From Moniliella sp. 'wahieum' (lineage: Eukaryota), in NCBI GenBank assembly GCA_003971905.1, contig RSEE01000015.1, forward strand, positions 1 to 64,000: 64,000 nucleotides of DNA, read 5' to 3'. The notes beneath the pieces were generated by a model. That model ran no database searches, had not been told where the DNA came from, and saw nothing but the letters and a program-made list of their open reading frames with translations. The translations under genes and the position numbers were made by a program. This document shows, piece after piece, positions 10,781 through 22,589 of this stretch; the stretch's first letter is position 1, and each line of letters opens with the position of its first letter.

Positions 10781-13557
10781 TCAGTCGCCAAACTGGATCG
10801 ACCCGCCCGACCGCCCCCAGCGCTTGGGCCCGGCGGTGCTGGCTGCGGCTGAGCGGACGCAGGTTGCTGGTGGTGGTGGTGGTGGGGCTGTGGCTGTGGC
10901 TGTGGCGGTGGCGGTAGCGGTGGCGGTGGCTGTTGCTGCAGGTGGCGCTGGTGCATGTGTTCCTCCAATGCCGCCTGGGCCTGCGCCTCGGCCTGGGCCT
11001 GCGCATACGCCTGGGCTTCGGCCCGGCCCTGGGCATCGGACCGGGAAGCGGGGCTGGGGGCTGGGGATCGGCGGCGTGCGTTTGGGCCGCCTCATCACTC
11101 TGGACCGCTTGGAGGTAGGCGTTGACGCGCCAGATGGGCAGCGTTGAGCTGCTGGGCTTGGTTGTGGAGCGCAGCAAGCGACTGTCCCATCTCGGAGTAG
11201 AAGTGTAGCCCCTCGGCCAGGTTGGCGCTCAGCTCGCGGTACTTGGCCGCGGCGGTATGGAGCTGGCGCAGCGCCACTTCGCGCTCACTGAGCACCTCCT
11301 CCTCCTCGGGCATCGTCTCGGCAAACGCAGCATGCACATCCTAACCAACAAGTGTCAGCATCACCCTCGCATCTCGAGAAAAGAAGAAGACAAAAAAGAC
11401 AGAACACTACTCGATCGCACGCACTTGGCCTCCAGCGCCTGGCCCGCCTGCTCCAGCGCCGCCTGATACGAGCCCAGCTTGAGCTCCACCTGTGCCTGGA
11501 TCAACGGCTCCAGCTGTGCCGGGTCCACCCGGTCACCGTCCACCTCCGGCTCCGTGTGCGGCTGGGAACCGTGCGGCCTGGATCTTGGCTGCCTCAGCAG
11601 GGCAAGCGCCCGGAACGATCCATGGCCCGTCCGAGGCGCCGTCGAGGTGCGCGTATGCGCGTCCCGCACCACTTTCGCCCGTGCCTCCGCCATCTCATCC
11701 ACATCCTCCAGCAGACCTCGCAACTGACGCGCCAGTTCTCTGGTGACCCTCCCACCCCCGAGGGCACCGGCGGCGCAGGAAGATAGTCGGCCATCGTCGG
11801 CTCCCCGCCGAGCAGGACAGAGAGTAGCGGCTGCCATTCCTCCAATTTGGTTCGGACGAGCGCATCGCTTGTGGCCGCTTGGGACAGCGCGGATTCAAAC
11901 GCGTAGCACTGCTCCAACAGCTCGTGTGCCAGCTGAGCATCGGCCTCGGCCTCGGCATCCAGCCCCATCCCCGGCACACGCTCCAGCGCAGCTTTGAGCA
12001 AGTTGGCACTCTCCTCCAGTACGCGGCTGTCGGTCTCTGTCATCCGATCCACATCCTGCGCCGCTTGCAACAGCGCCTCCCTCCCCCTGGGCATGCGCGT
12101 CGGCCGCGGCCCGAACCAAGGTGGCTGGCACGGACGAAATCGGTTCGGCCGCCGACTCGTCCAACGCATCGAGCGAAGCGGGGAGGTTGAGTTCGGTAAG
12201 CGCTTGCGTCGCGTGCGCATCCAGTCCGGCGCCTTGCGGTCCAGGCCATTGAGGACCCCCGCACACGGTCGTAGTATACCTCTACCGCCTGCTCCACCCC
12301 AGCGGGCGCGAGGTGCACAAAAAGCGGGGTGCTTCCCAAGGCGTGCAGAGGCGCCCGCACCGCCCGGGCACGACGGCGCGCACCATGATGGCCGCCTCGA
12401 TGGGGGGAAGGGCAGATTCGCCCGTGGCATGCTGCACGTAGATCAGCTCATTGTCCCGCTCGGACCGCGCTAGATCCGCTTTCAATGCCTTGGCCATCGA
12501 GCTAAGGTCCGACGCAATCACCGTGCCGACCGGTCCTCGTGTTCGGCTCACCTCGCGCTGCGCTTGCTACGTACTTCCACGCGAGCTGCAGACGGCCAAG
12601 TTCGTCGCCGTACCGGCTTGCCTCGAGGTCGTCCTTGGATTTCGGTACTGCGACGCAGCGCGAAAGTGGAGCGACTTGACTCGCAAATGGGCGAGCAAGG
12701 GGGGGAAGTACCCCGGCATCGCCGCGGCTGCCGGGGATCGCGGGCTATGCTCCAGGCCGAATCGTACAGCTGAGCCACCGCGGCGGCCAACTTGGCAATC
12801 GTCACGTTGCGCAAGCCGTCCATGACAGCTTGTTGCCAAAAGCATTCTTGCGCCTGCGCCAGCATCAACACTTCTTCCCCTTCCAACAGCGCGGCGCAAA
12901 GTCCTGCCCGGGACTCTGCGCCGTGGCCAGGTCGGTGGCCTGGCTCGGTGCCAGCGGGGGCGCGCCACCACACGAACATGGTGCAGTACCCCGGCCGCAG
13001 TTTGAAAGTGGGCGACACACGCTCAGCGACGCCTTGTCCCGCCGCGCTTCGTGGCCGCCCAACGAGGCATGCACACTGCTCAGCGCAAGAAGCGCGTTCC
13101 CCCGCTCATATGCGATGCTCGCTCGGGACTCATACGTGCCAGTAGGAGATGGGCGCACACCGCCTGGGAGAGAGAAGGTGGTGGTGTGCGAGGGGAAGGA
13201 CACACTCCAGACAAACGCATGACCAACCTAGCATCCATCCGGATCTGTTAGCGACCGCGATCGCAGCTGGGGCGCAGCAATCGGCAGGGGGGGAGGGGAA
13301 CACACGTTATCAGGAAACCGAGTGGCAAGAAAAGCAAGCTGGGCCTGGTAAGCCAGTGCATCCTCCACTGCCTCGGGCCCAGCGTCAGAGCGAGCGACCT
13401 GGTTCCGGAGCTGGGCCAAGCGAGCCAGGTCCGCCGCGTAGTCGTCCGGATGACTTCCGCTGTGCTCGGAGATCCAGGTGCGCAGCGCGCTCGCCACCGT
13501 CTCCCCGCTTTCCGGGGAGGTTTTGAGCGGCAGGGAAAGCAGGTTGCCACTTTCCAT
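10781..13557 (-). CDS. palA: BRO1-domain pH-response/ESCRT adaptor PalA/Rim20
   Basis: NLLSLPLK...DLARLAQLRN...YQAQLAFLATRFP, SIAYERGNAL, LMLAQAQECFWQQA, ERDNELIYVQH, V-domain ELNLPASLDAL, NLAEGLHFYSEM, and a Pro/Gln tail ending SIQFGD*. Introns near 13205-13305 and 11340-11420, plus many frameshifts. Confidence 0.88.
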
Positions 13558-13837
13558 CGCAAGGGGTGGTGGTGGTGGTGGGCCAGCAAGGCAGACAGGC
13601 CCGATCGACGCGGCTGTCTCCAGATCTCCTCGTCTGCTGGCCCAAATCCGTGCGGTGACGGTGACGGGTGAACGCATGGCACGTGACGTGCCTGCCTGCG
13701 GATAAACGGAACGTAGGTTTCAGCGACGCACGCAGGCAGCGCGCTCTGGCGTCTTGCCACCACGACCGGCACCGACGCCCGTTTGCCTGCGCTGGCCATC
13801 GCCATCTCCCTGCGGTAGGCTGCGTCTGCGCTGATCA

Positions 13838-14511
13838 TGGCCAAGGCGCCGCCGCGCCACCGCTCGCGTCTTGCGGAAGCGCAGCCTCCCGCGCGCAAAC
13901 AACGTGCAGTCCGCGTCGAGACAGGCAGCCGGCCCACCCACGGTCCTACCGCGGCCGCCATCGAGGCCCGCGACGCCTTCCTGCACCGCTGGGACGTCGC
14001 GCGCCAGCGTCGTGTCTGGCGCCGAAGAGAGGAGCTGGAGCGTACCGATGTCAGGGAGGCCCGGCCTGTCATTCCCCACCCGCCTCGCCCTGACGAAGCC
14101 CTGGAGCAGGACAAGGACCGGGACCGGGACCGAGACCGCGATCGCGATCGCGAGAGGGACCCGGGCGCGCTGCCGTCGGCGCTGGGCGTGCCGCCGGCAA
14201 CGAGTGCGGCAGCGCGCAGACAAAGCCACCGTGTGCGGCAACTGGCTCTATCGCAAATCCGTCTTGTCGGTACTGGAGGAGAACCGGACCACGTTCCAAG
14301 GCCGCGCGTACTGGGCTGCCTCCTTGCCCCGACCCCGGCGCCCACCAGCTTGCCTGCCCGTCCGATCCGCAGGGCCGCCGCACCCCTTTGCGCCATGTGC
14401 GCCTACTGGGGCGACGCAACGTGCACATTATGTGGGGACCCCGTGTGTGGCCTCGAGTGTTTGAGGAGGTGCGTTGGCGTCGCTTGCTGGTTTGGCCGTC
14501 CAGGCTACTGA
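13838..14511 (+). CDS. VPS71: HIT-type zinc finger protein, SWR1 subunit Vps71/Swc6 (ZNHIT1)-like
   Basis: C-terminal PIRRAAAPLCAMCAYWGDATCTLCGDPVCGLECL zf-HIT. The upstream RRREELERTD resembles the Swc6 'L..LE.DN' motif. Confidence 0.7.
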
Positions 14512-14951
14512 CTGACCCATGGGTGGCATTGTTTTAACACAGACACCAAGCCACTGCGAAGGGATTCGATGATGTTGGCGGTGGAGCAACTGAGTGAGTT
14601 CGGATCGGTCTATGACGTGACAACCCGTCCGCTCCTCGCTATGCTCTGTAGCCTCATCCCGGCCCCTCATCCAGTCGATACAAGTCGATTCGAGCACAAA
14701 CTACAAGGAAGGAAAAGGGGGAGGGAGCGGAGGAATCCAACAGGACCAATCAAAAGAGGAAGAAGCGAGCGTAACAAGGGGGTGGGGGAGGGAAGGGGCT
14801 CCTGACAGAACCCGCGGAGAACAAACAGCGACAGGGCCTCGAGGCACCGTGTGTGAGAGAGAGGGGATATCAACCGGGCCCACCCCGGCAGGGGGGCGGG
14901 AAGAAACAAGCGAATTGACCATCGCCTTTGAGCTAAGAAAAAGGGACTGCA

Positions 14952-16000
14952 CTAGGTGATCACCACCGGCTCATGGTGTTCATCCCGCACCACCACCACC
15001 TCCACGTCCGCCCGCGCCCGTGTCCATAAACGTGATTGACGTCTGGTCCAGGGTCGGTCCGGACCCCGCGCTTCTCCATAAACGAGCGGCCGAGGATGAC
15101 AGGGAAATACGAGTCTTACACAACATCACGGTGCACGGCACGCCGCGAGCCCACCTGCACCGGCCACTTGCCCAGGTTGGTAATGCCATTGTAGCCATAC
15201 GTGCCTGGGGTGGTGTCCTTGGGGATAAAGCCGTGGGCCAGAGCAAAGCTGGGCTGACATAGACGTGGCGGTAGCCCTCCTTGAGCATCATCGGTACATC
15301 GTGCACGGGGCCCAGGCTGCCGCGCAAGAGACGGACGCCAAGTTGGCTGTGGAACTGCTGAAAGGCCAGCTTGTGCGCAGGCGGGGGGAACGTGCCGTCT
15401 TCCGTCGGGGTTTTCTTGCTGCGCATCGACATGCGTTCGGCGGCCGCGTTGCGCAGGTGAGGTTCGGGCGTCGGGCCGGGCGCCCAGCCGGGTGGCGGGG
15501 GTGGCGTCGGGGCGGCAGGGTACAAAATGCTGTCGCGCCCAGTGGTCAAGTGGGACGCAGCCAGCGTCTGGGTATCAGTGGCCTTGGCGTGCGCGACTCG
15601 AGGCGCTGGACCGAGACCTTGTCGGCGCCTCCGCGTGTCGAAGCGGCCGGCGAGGCGTGACGGCCTCGCGGGCACCCGGACCATCGCGCACGGTTTGCGG
15701 CGTGCCAGCCGGCGGGGCGCCGAGTCGGTTGAGGGGCTCCCTGGCCTGGGGCAGCGCAGGGCTGTTGAGGAAGACGGACTCCTCGGTGAGCTGCTTGACG
15801 CGGCCAACAAAGATGTCCCAGTCATCGTCGTCGTCGAGGGTGAACTGCTCGCCGTGCCAGGCGTAGCGGATGGACGCGCCGTCGACTGGCACATGGGCCT
15901 TCTTGGCGGCGCGGGCGTGGAGGCCGGCCAGGGTGTCGTCGCTGCGCAGACGCAGGGCAAAGGGCGCCAGGGGCCCAGGGTGGACATTGAGGATGGTCAT
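14952..16000 (-). CDS. Conserved fungal protein: N-terminal PB1/ubiquitin-like domain plus degenerate retropepsin-like domain
   Basis: N-terminus ...LAGLHARAAKK...IRYAWHGEQFTLDDDDDWDIFVGRV (acidic OPCA-like PB1 motif). Stitched C-terminus: VPMMLKEGYRHVYVS..FALAHGFIP...GITNLGKWPVQVG...FPVILGRSFMEKRGV...VEVVVVRDEHHEPVVIT*. Confidence 0.7.
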
Positions 16001-16656
16001 GGCCAGTGGGGGGGGGGGAGAGGGAGAAGGAGGTGGTGGAGGAGCAGAGCTAGGATCAGCGGCAGCACTGGCCAAGCAGGCCCAGCAGGACGGCAGGCAC
16101 CACACCGCTCTGGCGCATGCTGGATGCGCGGGATGCGCTTGCAGCTGCCTGCCCCGTGCGCAGCCTGGCTGCTCCGGCGCCCCCGCGCCCTCCGCGGCAT
16201 GACGTCACCTGCGCCCGCGCGGCGGCAAGGCACCCCACTGTGCTGTGCTGTGCTGTGCTGTGCGTGCTAGCTGCTCGGCTGCGCCCCAGCACTGCGCCAG
16301 CCACCAGCCTCTCCGCTGACAACGCCGTGCAGGCGCAGGCGCGGTGTGCTGCCCGCCGACGTCATTGGTGTCAGGCGTGCGACGGCACAGCGTCCCAATG
16401 CGGACAGATGGATTGGATTCCCTCGGCGCCTCAGCGCCCAGTCAGCTGCCTCCTCGCCCTACAACAAAGATGAGCCCCCCACCCCCACATCCCAGGCGCA
16501 CTGATAATGCCCACTCCGAACCCCTTCCAGCCCAATCGGCTGACCGCGTGCTGTCTCGTCTTCTGCGCCTGGCCATGCACTCGGCGGGACCACATCGTGG
16601 GGTGCGTGCAGTCGCGTCCGCGGGCAACCGCATGCGCCTCGTGCCGTCTGCTGAGC

Positions 16657-18726
16657 TCAGCCATCGTCTTCGTCCCGGATGCCCATCGCCTCAAAATACG
16701 ACGGCGGCGGCCAGTCCAGGTCCTCCTCCATCGCCTCCATCTGTTCCAGTGGCGCGGTAGAAGGCAGCGAGGCGTACAGCACCGCTTCGTCCGCCACGGG
16801 ATCCCTGCTCGGTTCAGCACAGCGGGCGGAACCGTGCTGGCAAAGGGAGAGAGCCCGGAGCGGTGCCCGTCCAGGACGATGAAGCTCTTTCGCTTGCTAC
16901 CGTGGCTAAGGGTGCAGTGCTTCGTCGTTTCTCAGAAGGAAGAAAGGCGCAGCTTCGGTTGCTTCGTCAACGGGAGCGGCAACCGACGCGGCAGGGATGT
17001 GAGAAGCAGATGCAGGCGCAGACGTAGGCGCAGGTACAGCTGCAGGTTCCAAAGCGGGGGGTGATGAAAGTGCTGTCTGACAAGGGAATGTCCCGACGGG
17101 AGGACGGCTCCCGGTCGGCTGTGGTTTTTCCGGTGCCGCTGGCGCCGGCGCCGGCGGTGCCGGTGCTGGCCTTTAACTGGCTTCTTGGGCATGGGGAGAG
17201 TGACGCGGCGAGGGGGGGGGTGGTGAGCCGAGCGAGGTGCTGCCACCGTGCGGATATCCGGCACAGTCCGGGGGGGGACAGAAGAGCTGAGGGGGATGGT
17301 ATGCGCCAACGAGGTTGGGTCCAGGCAAGCACGCGAGGTTGGGGGGCCGGCTTGTTTGGCTTGAGAGCGCGAGGCGGGGCGTCCAGCTGGACGACGCCCA
17401 GGTAATAGCCCAACCGGAGCACCTTGGTTTGGAGCGTCGGCCCCGCTGTAGCGGGCAGGTCCACCACCCCGTCCCAACGGTACCTGGTTCCGTGCGGTCC
17501 GGAGACCACAGTGGGCGAAGCAGCGATCCGAGCAGGCGCCAGCAGACTCTCCTCCGTTGCTTGGCTGTCCTTTTTGCGCAGCAAGGTCAACGTTCGGTAG
17601 AGCCCAACTGCCAATGGCGCCTGCCCTGTCCCGCCCGGCTTGAGTTCCGATACAATGGTGAAAGGGATGGAGCCATGGATCGGGAACGAGGCCGGGAGGG
17701 GCGGCATCTCCAGGGTGATGGCCGAAGGGATCATTTTGGGTTTGCTGAACCAGGCAAAGAAGCCGCGCCGTTTTTGGGGTCGGGCGGTCGGGACCGATGG
17801 AGACAGAGTGCCAGGTCCAGATCGGTTCCGAAAGCTGGGCAAACGCGATGTTCCGACGCAACTCGGTTCCGAGCTTGGCGCGTTTGGCCATCAACGTTTC
17901 CATTTCTTGAGGCGGAGGCGGGAGGAACTGGAACGGGATCAGGATCCGATTGTTCTTCTGGAAGATCCCAGGATGAGCAATGGTCACTTTCGCGTACCAC
18001 TTGACGCTAGCCCAGTGGTGCCGATCGGGGACAGGATCGCTTGTCAAGCCTGGGCGGTCGTTTCTTTTAGCGGAAAAGGTACCTTCTCGATTCTTCCGGT
18101 CGGCCACGGGGGGATGAGCAAGATCCCCCGTTGCCGCAAAGACAAAGGAGGCAGGGAGAGGCACACCCTCCTTATCGTTTCTAGGTAGTTCCACCTTAAA
18201 TCCAAATGCGGCCGATCCATCGTCGAGCACCTCGGCGTGAGGGAGATGACTGACGGCCGCAACCGGATGGAAGGGTTTGCCTTCCTGATCTTTCTTGGGG
18301 GTATAGACGAGGTGCTCGAGCTGAAGCAGAGAGAGTTCCTTCTCTGCCACCTTTTCGAACGCGGGACTGCGTCCTGACAGGGCACTGGTGCCGGATGCTT
18401 GGGCGTTGTTGGTCGGCACCCGGATCAAGACCACACACTTGACTTTGACCGTGATGTGCGATACTTTCTCCCCGTTCTTGGGCGCATACACCACTCGGCC
18501 TGCAGTGCGCCCCGGCCCCGTTCCTCTGTCCCGCCCATATACGTCGGCACCGACTGCGGCGGGGTGAACAGTCTGGGATCGAGCCAGTCAGTGGACGAGT
18601 GCCAGCAGGAGCCGTGAAAACGTACTCAACGCGCGCATGGCCATTCGCACCAGGGTACGTGTGCACTGTCTTGGGCGACGACCGAAGCTGGCGGGGCGGC
18701 CAGGTCTGCCTGCGCTTGCCCGTCAT
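16657..18726 (-). CDS. Alpha-arrestin-like adaptor with C-terminal PPxY motif
   Basis: Beta-sandwich-like segments VSHITVKVKCVVLIRV, FGFKVELP...LPASF, SVKWYAKVTIAHPGIFQKNNRILIPFQFLP. The tail reads DLDWPPPSYFEAMG (PPSY near 16695-16710). Frameshifted. Confidence 0.6.
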
Positions 18727-19536
18727 AGGTGTGGTGCGACGGACGCCACGTCGCTGGAAGAATGGTTGGGCTTAGTCACCCAAATTGCTGTGAGACGGTG
18801 GTGGCAAAGGAGAGAGTGGGAATGGCGTCGAGTCCTTTGGGAGGCTGTAGGAAACCGATGTGCCAAGAAAGGCGAAGCCAATTAAGAGCCAATTTAAAGC
18901 AATCAAAACCCCAGTCGCTGGCCTGCCGCCCTAAAACATCTGTGCGCAGTACGAGCACAGTCACCGTACTGACAGTGTCCTCCGGGCGGTCACAATTACA
19001 ACCCTCTCATGCATCAGCGCATCAGCCCTCTCTGATACAACGCGAGAGTAGGGAGATCTGAACTATGTGTGCGGCGTTGACTAGTGACTGCGAGCCGTCA
19101 GCGCGTCAGTACCGAGACAGTCCTGAGGCTCAGGACTGACACAGACCCACCAGGGAGTATAACCCTACGATGGATAAAGACATTCACTAAAGGAGAAGAC
19201 GGCAACAATCAACAACTGTGGCACTGTGGCCTTTTATGTTGGCTTCCGCCGTATGGGGAGGGATGCGGGGAGAGTTGATTGAGACCGTGCGACTGACCAA
19301 CGGCGTTCGTAAGGAAAAGGGAGGCAAGGTTCACACTATAGTTCTCATGGAGGGCGGCCCAAGGGTGAAAGAGCATGGAAGAGAATGTATGAGATTGGGG
19401 TGGGTAAGGAGGGATTCATCTCCTCGAAAAACGCATTGAGACCGCGCACAGAGGAAGGCACAGCAGATGAACAAAACAGAAGAGTGCAAAGGGAAAAAAA
19501 TGTCACGAGGAGAGAGAAACCACCAAACGCGGTAGG

Positions 19537-20131
19537 CTAATAAACACCAAGGTACCCTCCAGCCAATGCGACCATAGCAACCGCCAAAAAGGGTGACGCT
19601 GCCGTGCCTGGTGCTGAGCCGATATGGTAACCATCTCCTGGGCCGGCATTGGACGCGCCGGGAGCGGGGGCACCTTGGGTCCCGGCAAACTGCCCTGTTG
19701 AGTAGTCCGAGGCGGTTGCCAGGGTACTTGGGGTATAAGACGATGAAGAGGAGGAGGAATCTGAAGATGGTCGGTGTTAGCGCCACCCAAACCAGTCAAA
19801 TCAAGAAGAGAGATAGAGACCCTAGAGGAGGCAGAGACGGAGCCAGAGGGGAGCCCGAGACGGATCCTGAGACGGAGCCTGAGTTGGAACCCGAGACGGA
19901 ACCAGATGAAGAGGGGGCTGGGGTTGCCGAGGCAGACGCAGACGCAGACGCAGCCCCGTTCGAGGGAGTGGGCGAGGCCGATGGGGAAGCGGAGCCGCTG
20001 GGTTGGGGATTGTTCGATTGGCTACTGGGAGCGTTGTTGGACGATGCCTGGTTCGAGCCCCCATCAATAGGATTGGCGGCAAGGGCCGAGGCGGTGAGGG
20101 CGGCGAAGACGACGAGGAATCTGACGCGCAT
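19537..20131 (-). CDS. Small secreted Ser-rich, probably GPI-anchored cell-wall protein
   Basis: Signal peptide MRVRFLVVFAALTASALA and a Ser/Ala/Gly-rich body. A probable intron ends CTAAC..CAG at ~19761. The last exon ends in the hydrophobic SPFLAVAMVALAGGYLGVY*. Confidence 0.75.
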
Positions 20132-21370
20132 TGTGGTGGTGGTGGTGGTGGTGGTCGGGGTCGGGGTGGGGCGTGTGGCGTACTCAAGTCGTACTCAGCA
20201 AACTCGATGCGCTGTGGCCACCGTGGCGCTTGAAGCTTGAAGCTTGAAAGGTACACTATACTGCACACAAGCGCTAAAGCACTATTAACCCACCCGTCGA
20301 CGGGGTTCCGCAGTGGCTAGTGAAGTGATGTGCACAGGCGATGGCCCAGACTGGCCCCATGCCGTGTACTGCACCGCTGATCTCGATAATGGATGGAGAT
20401 GCATGATTAATTCATGATTTAAGCGCCACTCAGATCGCAGCCACGAGCACAGTCTGAGGACATCAGTTTGCTCAGGTTGACTTCAAGTAGGGAAGCTCCA
20501 AGCGACTATCCGAAGCTTTTGCAGGACAACGTGGCGATTAGAAACTCTGTTACGCTGGCACTGGGCTACAGCGCCTTACATCCATCCTCGCTCCTCTGCT
20601 CGTCTCTCGCTCCGGTCTTCAGCCTGCTATCTCTCCCTCAAAAAACTTCACGCCTGCCTCTCCGCTCTCGATATGTCATCCCCCATTCTCCTGTTACATG
20701 CTCGTGGGCCCTCAACCTTCTACCTCTTTCTGTCAGCGTTGGCGCCCTCTTACCAGTCTTATATTGTACCCAGTTGGGGATCCCAGTGATGGAGAGGTAA
20801 TTCTCAACCACGGCCATGTCGATGAGAGCCTGACTCTAGGTCAGCCACCAGCGCAATTGAGAGGGGAAGAAGCAGAGGGCGAAGTCGTGGTGGGGAAACA
20901 GGACGCTGATTGTGCCAAGGAGAAAGGAGAGAAAAGTGGGCGCGCACAACGCGGTGGGGTATGGCACACGAACTATATACTACTGCAGCTCTGTCGTCCA
21001 ATAGTCCCCCCTATCGTCCCGAGATTGCACCCCAGTCCCAACACTTTCTGATATTCTACCAGAGGGCCAAGCCAATTCTAAACAGAACGGAAGGTCGAGT
21101 CCCTCTTGCCCCTCTTGCCACTCTACGCTGGCCAACAAAATGGCTCCGTCACTAACTTCCTTAGGTTCACCAATCATGGACTGGCACTGGAGAAAGGACG
21201 ATGGTGTAGTCAGGAATACAGATGATGGGAGTCAATATAGAACGGTGTGGAAAGGACACAGGCTGTGATGGACAGCGATGCCAAATGGATGGGGTAGCGC
21301 CACAAGACGAGAGCGCTCCAAGTTGGGGTCTCGGAGCTGCCACTCACTCGCTCAAGCAGGCGGAGACAGT

Positions 21371-22180
21371 TCACTTGTTGCCCTTTTGAGCCTCGAACTC
21401 GGCGTTGGCCTTGTGCAGCTGGTCGGCAATCGACTCGGCCTTGCGCGTGATGGCCTCCCTCTCCTCGTCCTTCTTGGTCTGGACTGGTGTGGGCGTTGGC
21501 GTTGGCGTTGACGTTTTGCCCTGGTTGGCCAGTTGCGCAGCCAAGATCTTGGCATTGCAATTGCGCAGATTCTGGCTTGCGCGTTCCACGCCACCATCGA
21601 GGGCGCGCTTGTAGGCAACCGCAGCCTCTGAGAGTTGCTCACACGCCTCAAGCAGCGCACCCATGTTGTACTGGATCTCGGGGTCTTCCGGAGACAGACG
21701 AGCGGCCTGCTTGATGTGGTAAATGGCCTTGTCCGGGCGCGCCGGTGTCGAAAGGGCATACGCATTGGACAGGTTCATATGCGCATCCGAAGAGGGCGCC
21801 ACATCGATCGCATCTTCCCAGAGCGTGATGGCGGCAGGCATGTTGCGTTGCGAGTAGTGGCAAATACCAAGGTTGTACAGCGCATCTGCATTCTTCTCGT
21901 CAATGGCCAGAATGGACGAGTAGGCGTCTTTGGCAGCAGAAATGTCGTTCGAGTCCATCGCTTCAAACCCCAGGCGAAGCAAACGCACAATCCTGGCCTC
22001 CGCCGGATCACGACCCTTGTCCTCCTCCGAACTGGAAAGAGTGGTGGCGTAACGCTGCTGCAACCTAGCAGGCGTCGGCAGCGGACGTGGAAGCACGACG
22101 GCACGCGAGCTGGACATGAGCATTGGCGGACGCGCCACGGCGATGGCCGTGCGCGATAGTAAAGTCAAAGTACGCTGCAT
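21371..22180 (-). CDS. Mitochondrial TPR-repeat protein
   Basis: Arg-rich presequence, then TPRs (ADALYNLGICHY, SDAHMNLSNAY, PEIQYNMGALLEACEQLSEA). The ORF is intact. Confidence 0.85.
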   Translation of the reverse strand: MQRTLTLLSRTAIAVARPPMLMSSSRAVVLPRPLPTPARLQQRYATTLSSSEEDKGRDPAEARIVRLLRLGFEAMDSNDISAAKDAYSSILAIDEKNADALYNLGICHYSQRNMPAAITLWEDAIDVAPSSDAHMNLSNAYALSTPARPDKAIYHIKQAARLSPEDPEIQYNMGALLEACEQLSEAAVAYKRALDGGVERASQNLRNCNAKILAAQLANQGKTSTPTPTPTPVQTKKDEEREAITRKAESIADQLHKANAEFEAQKGNK

Positions 22181-22589
22181 GGACAGAGGCGATGGCGGTG
22201 GGGTCGGAAGGCCAGATGGATGGGCCGCCTTGCCAAGTACGTCATGCGGGGCGTCTGGAGCTGAGGGCAGGCTAAGAAGGGGTGGAATTGCCCGAAGAAA
22301 CCCATTCCGCCTTTCAACTCCGCATCCAACTCATATGGCCGAAGGCTCCTAGACTACACCCTATATAGGCTGACAAAAAGGAGATGCTGAGTGTAGACAT
22401 GTGGTCTGTTAGTATCTTTTGCTCCTCACGCACATAGCCCCGAGTCATCAAGGACCTGGAACCCCAACTCCATCACCTCCATGTGGGCCTTCAGTCATTA
22501 CCAGCGCGTGTTACAAGCCCTACTATATACCATCTCGATCGAAAGAAAGAATCGTTCGTGTAAAAAGTAGGGAGGAGCAAACAAGCATC

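Noticed and set aside
14952..15400. LTR-retrotransposon protease
   Set aside because: No gag, RT, integrase or LTRs nearby, and the catalytic Asp is absent. It looks like a host gene.
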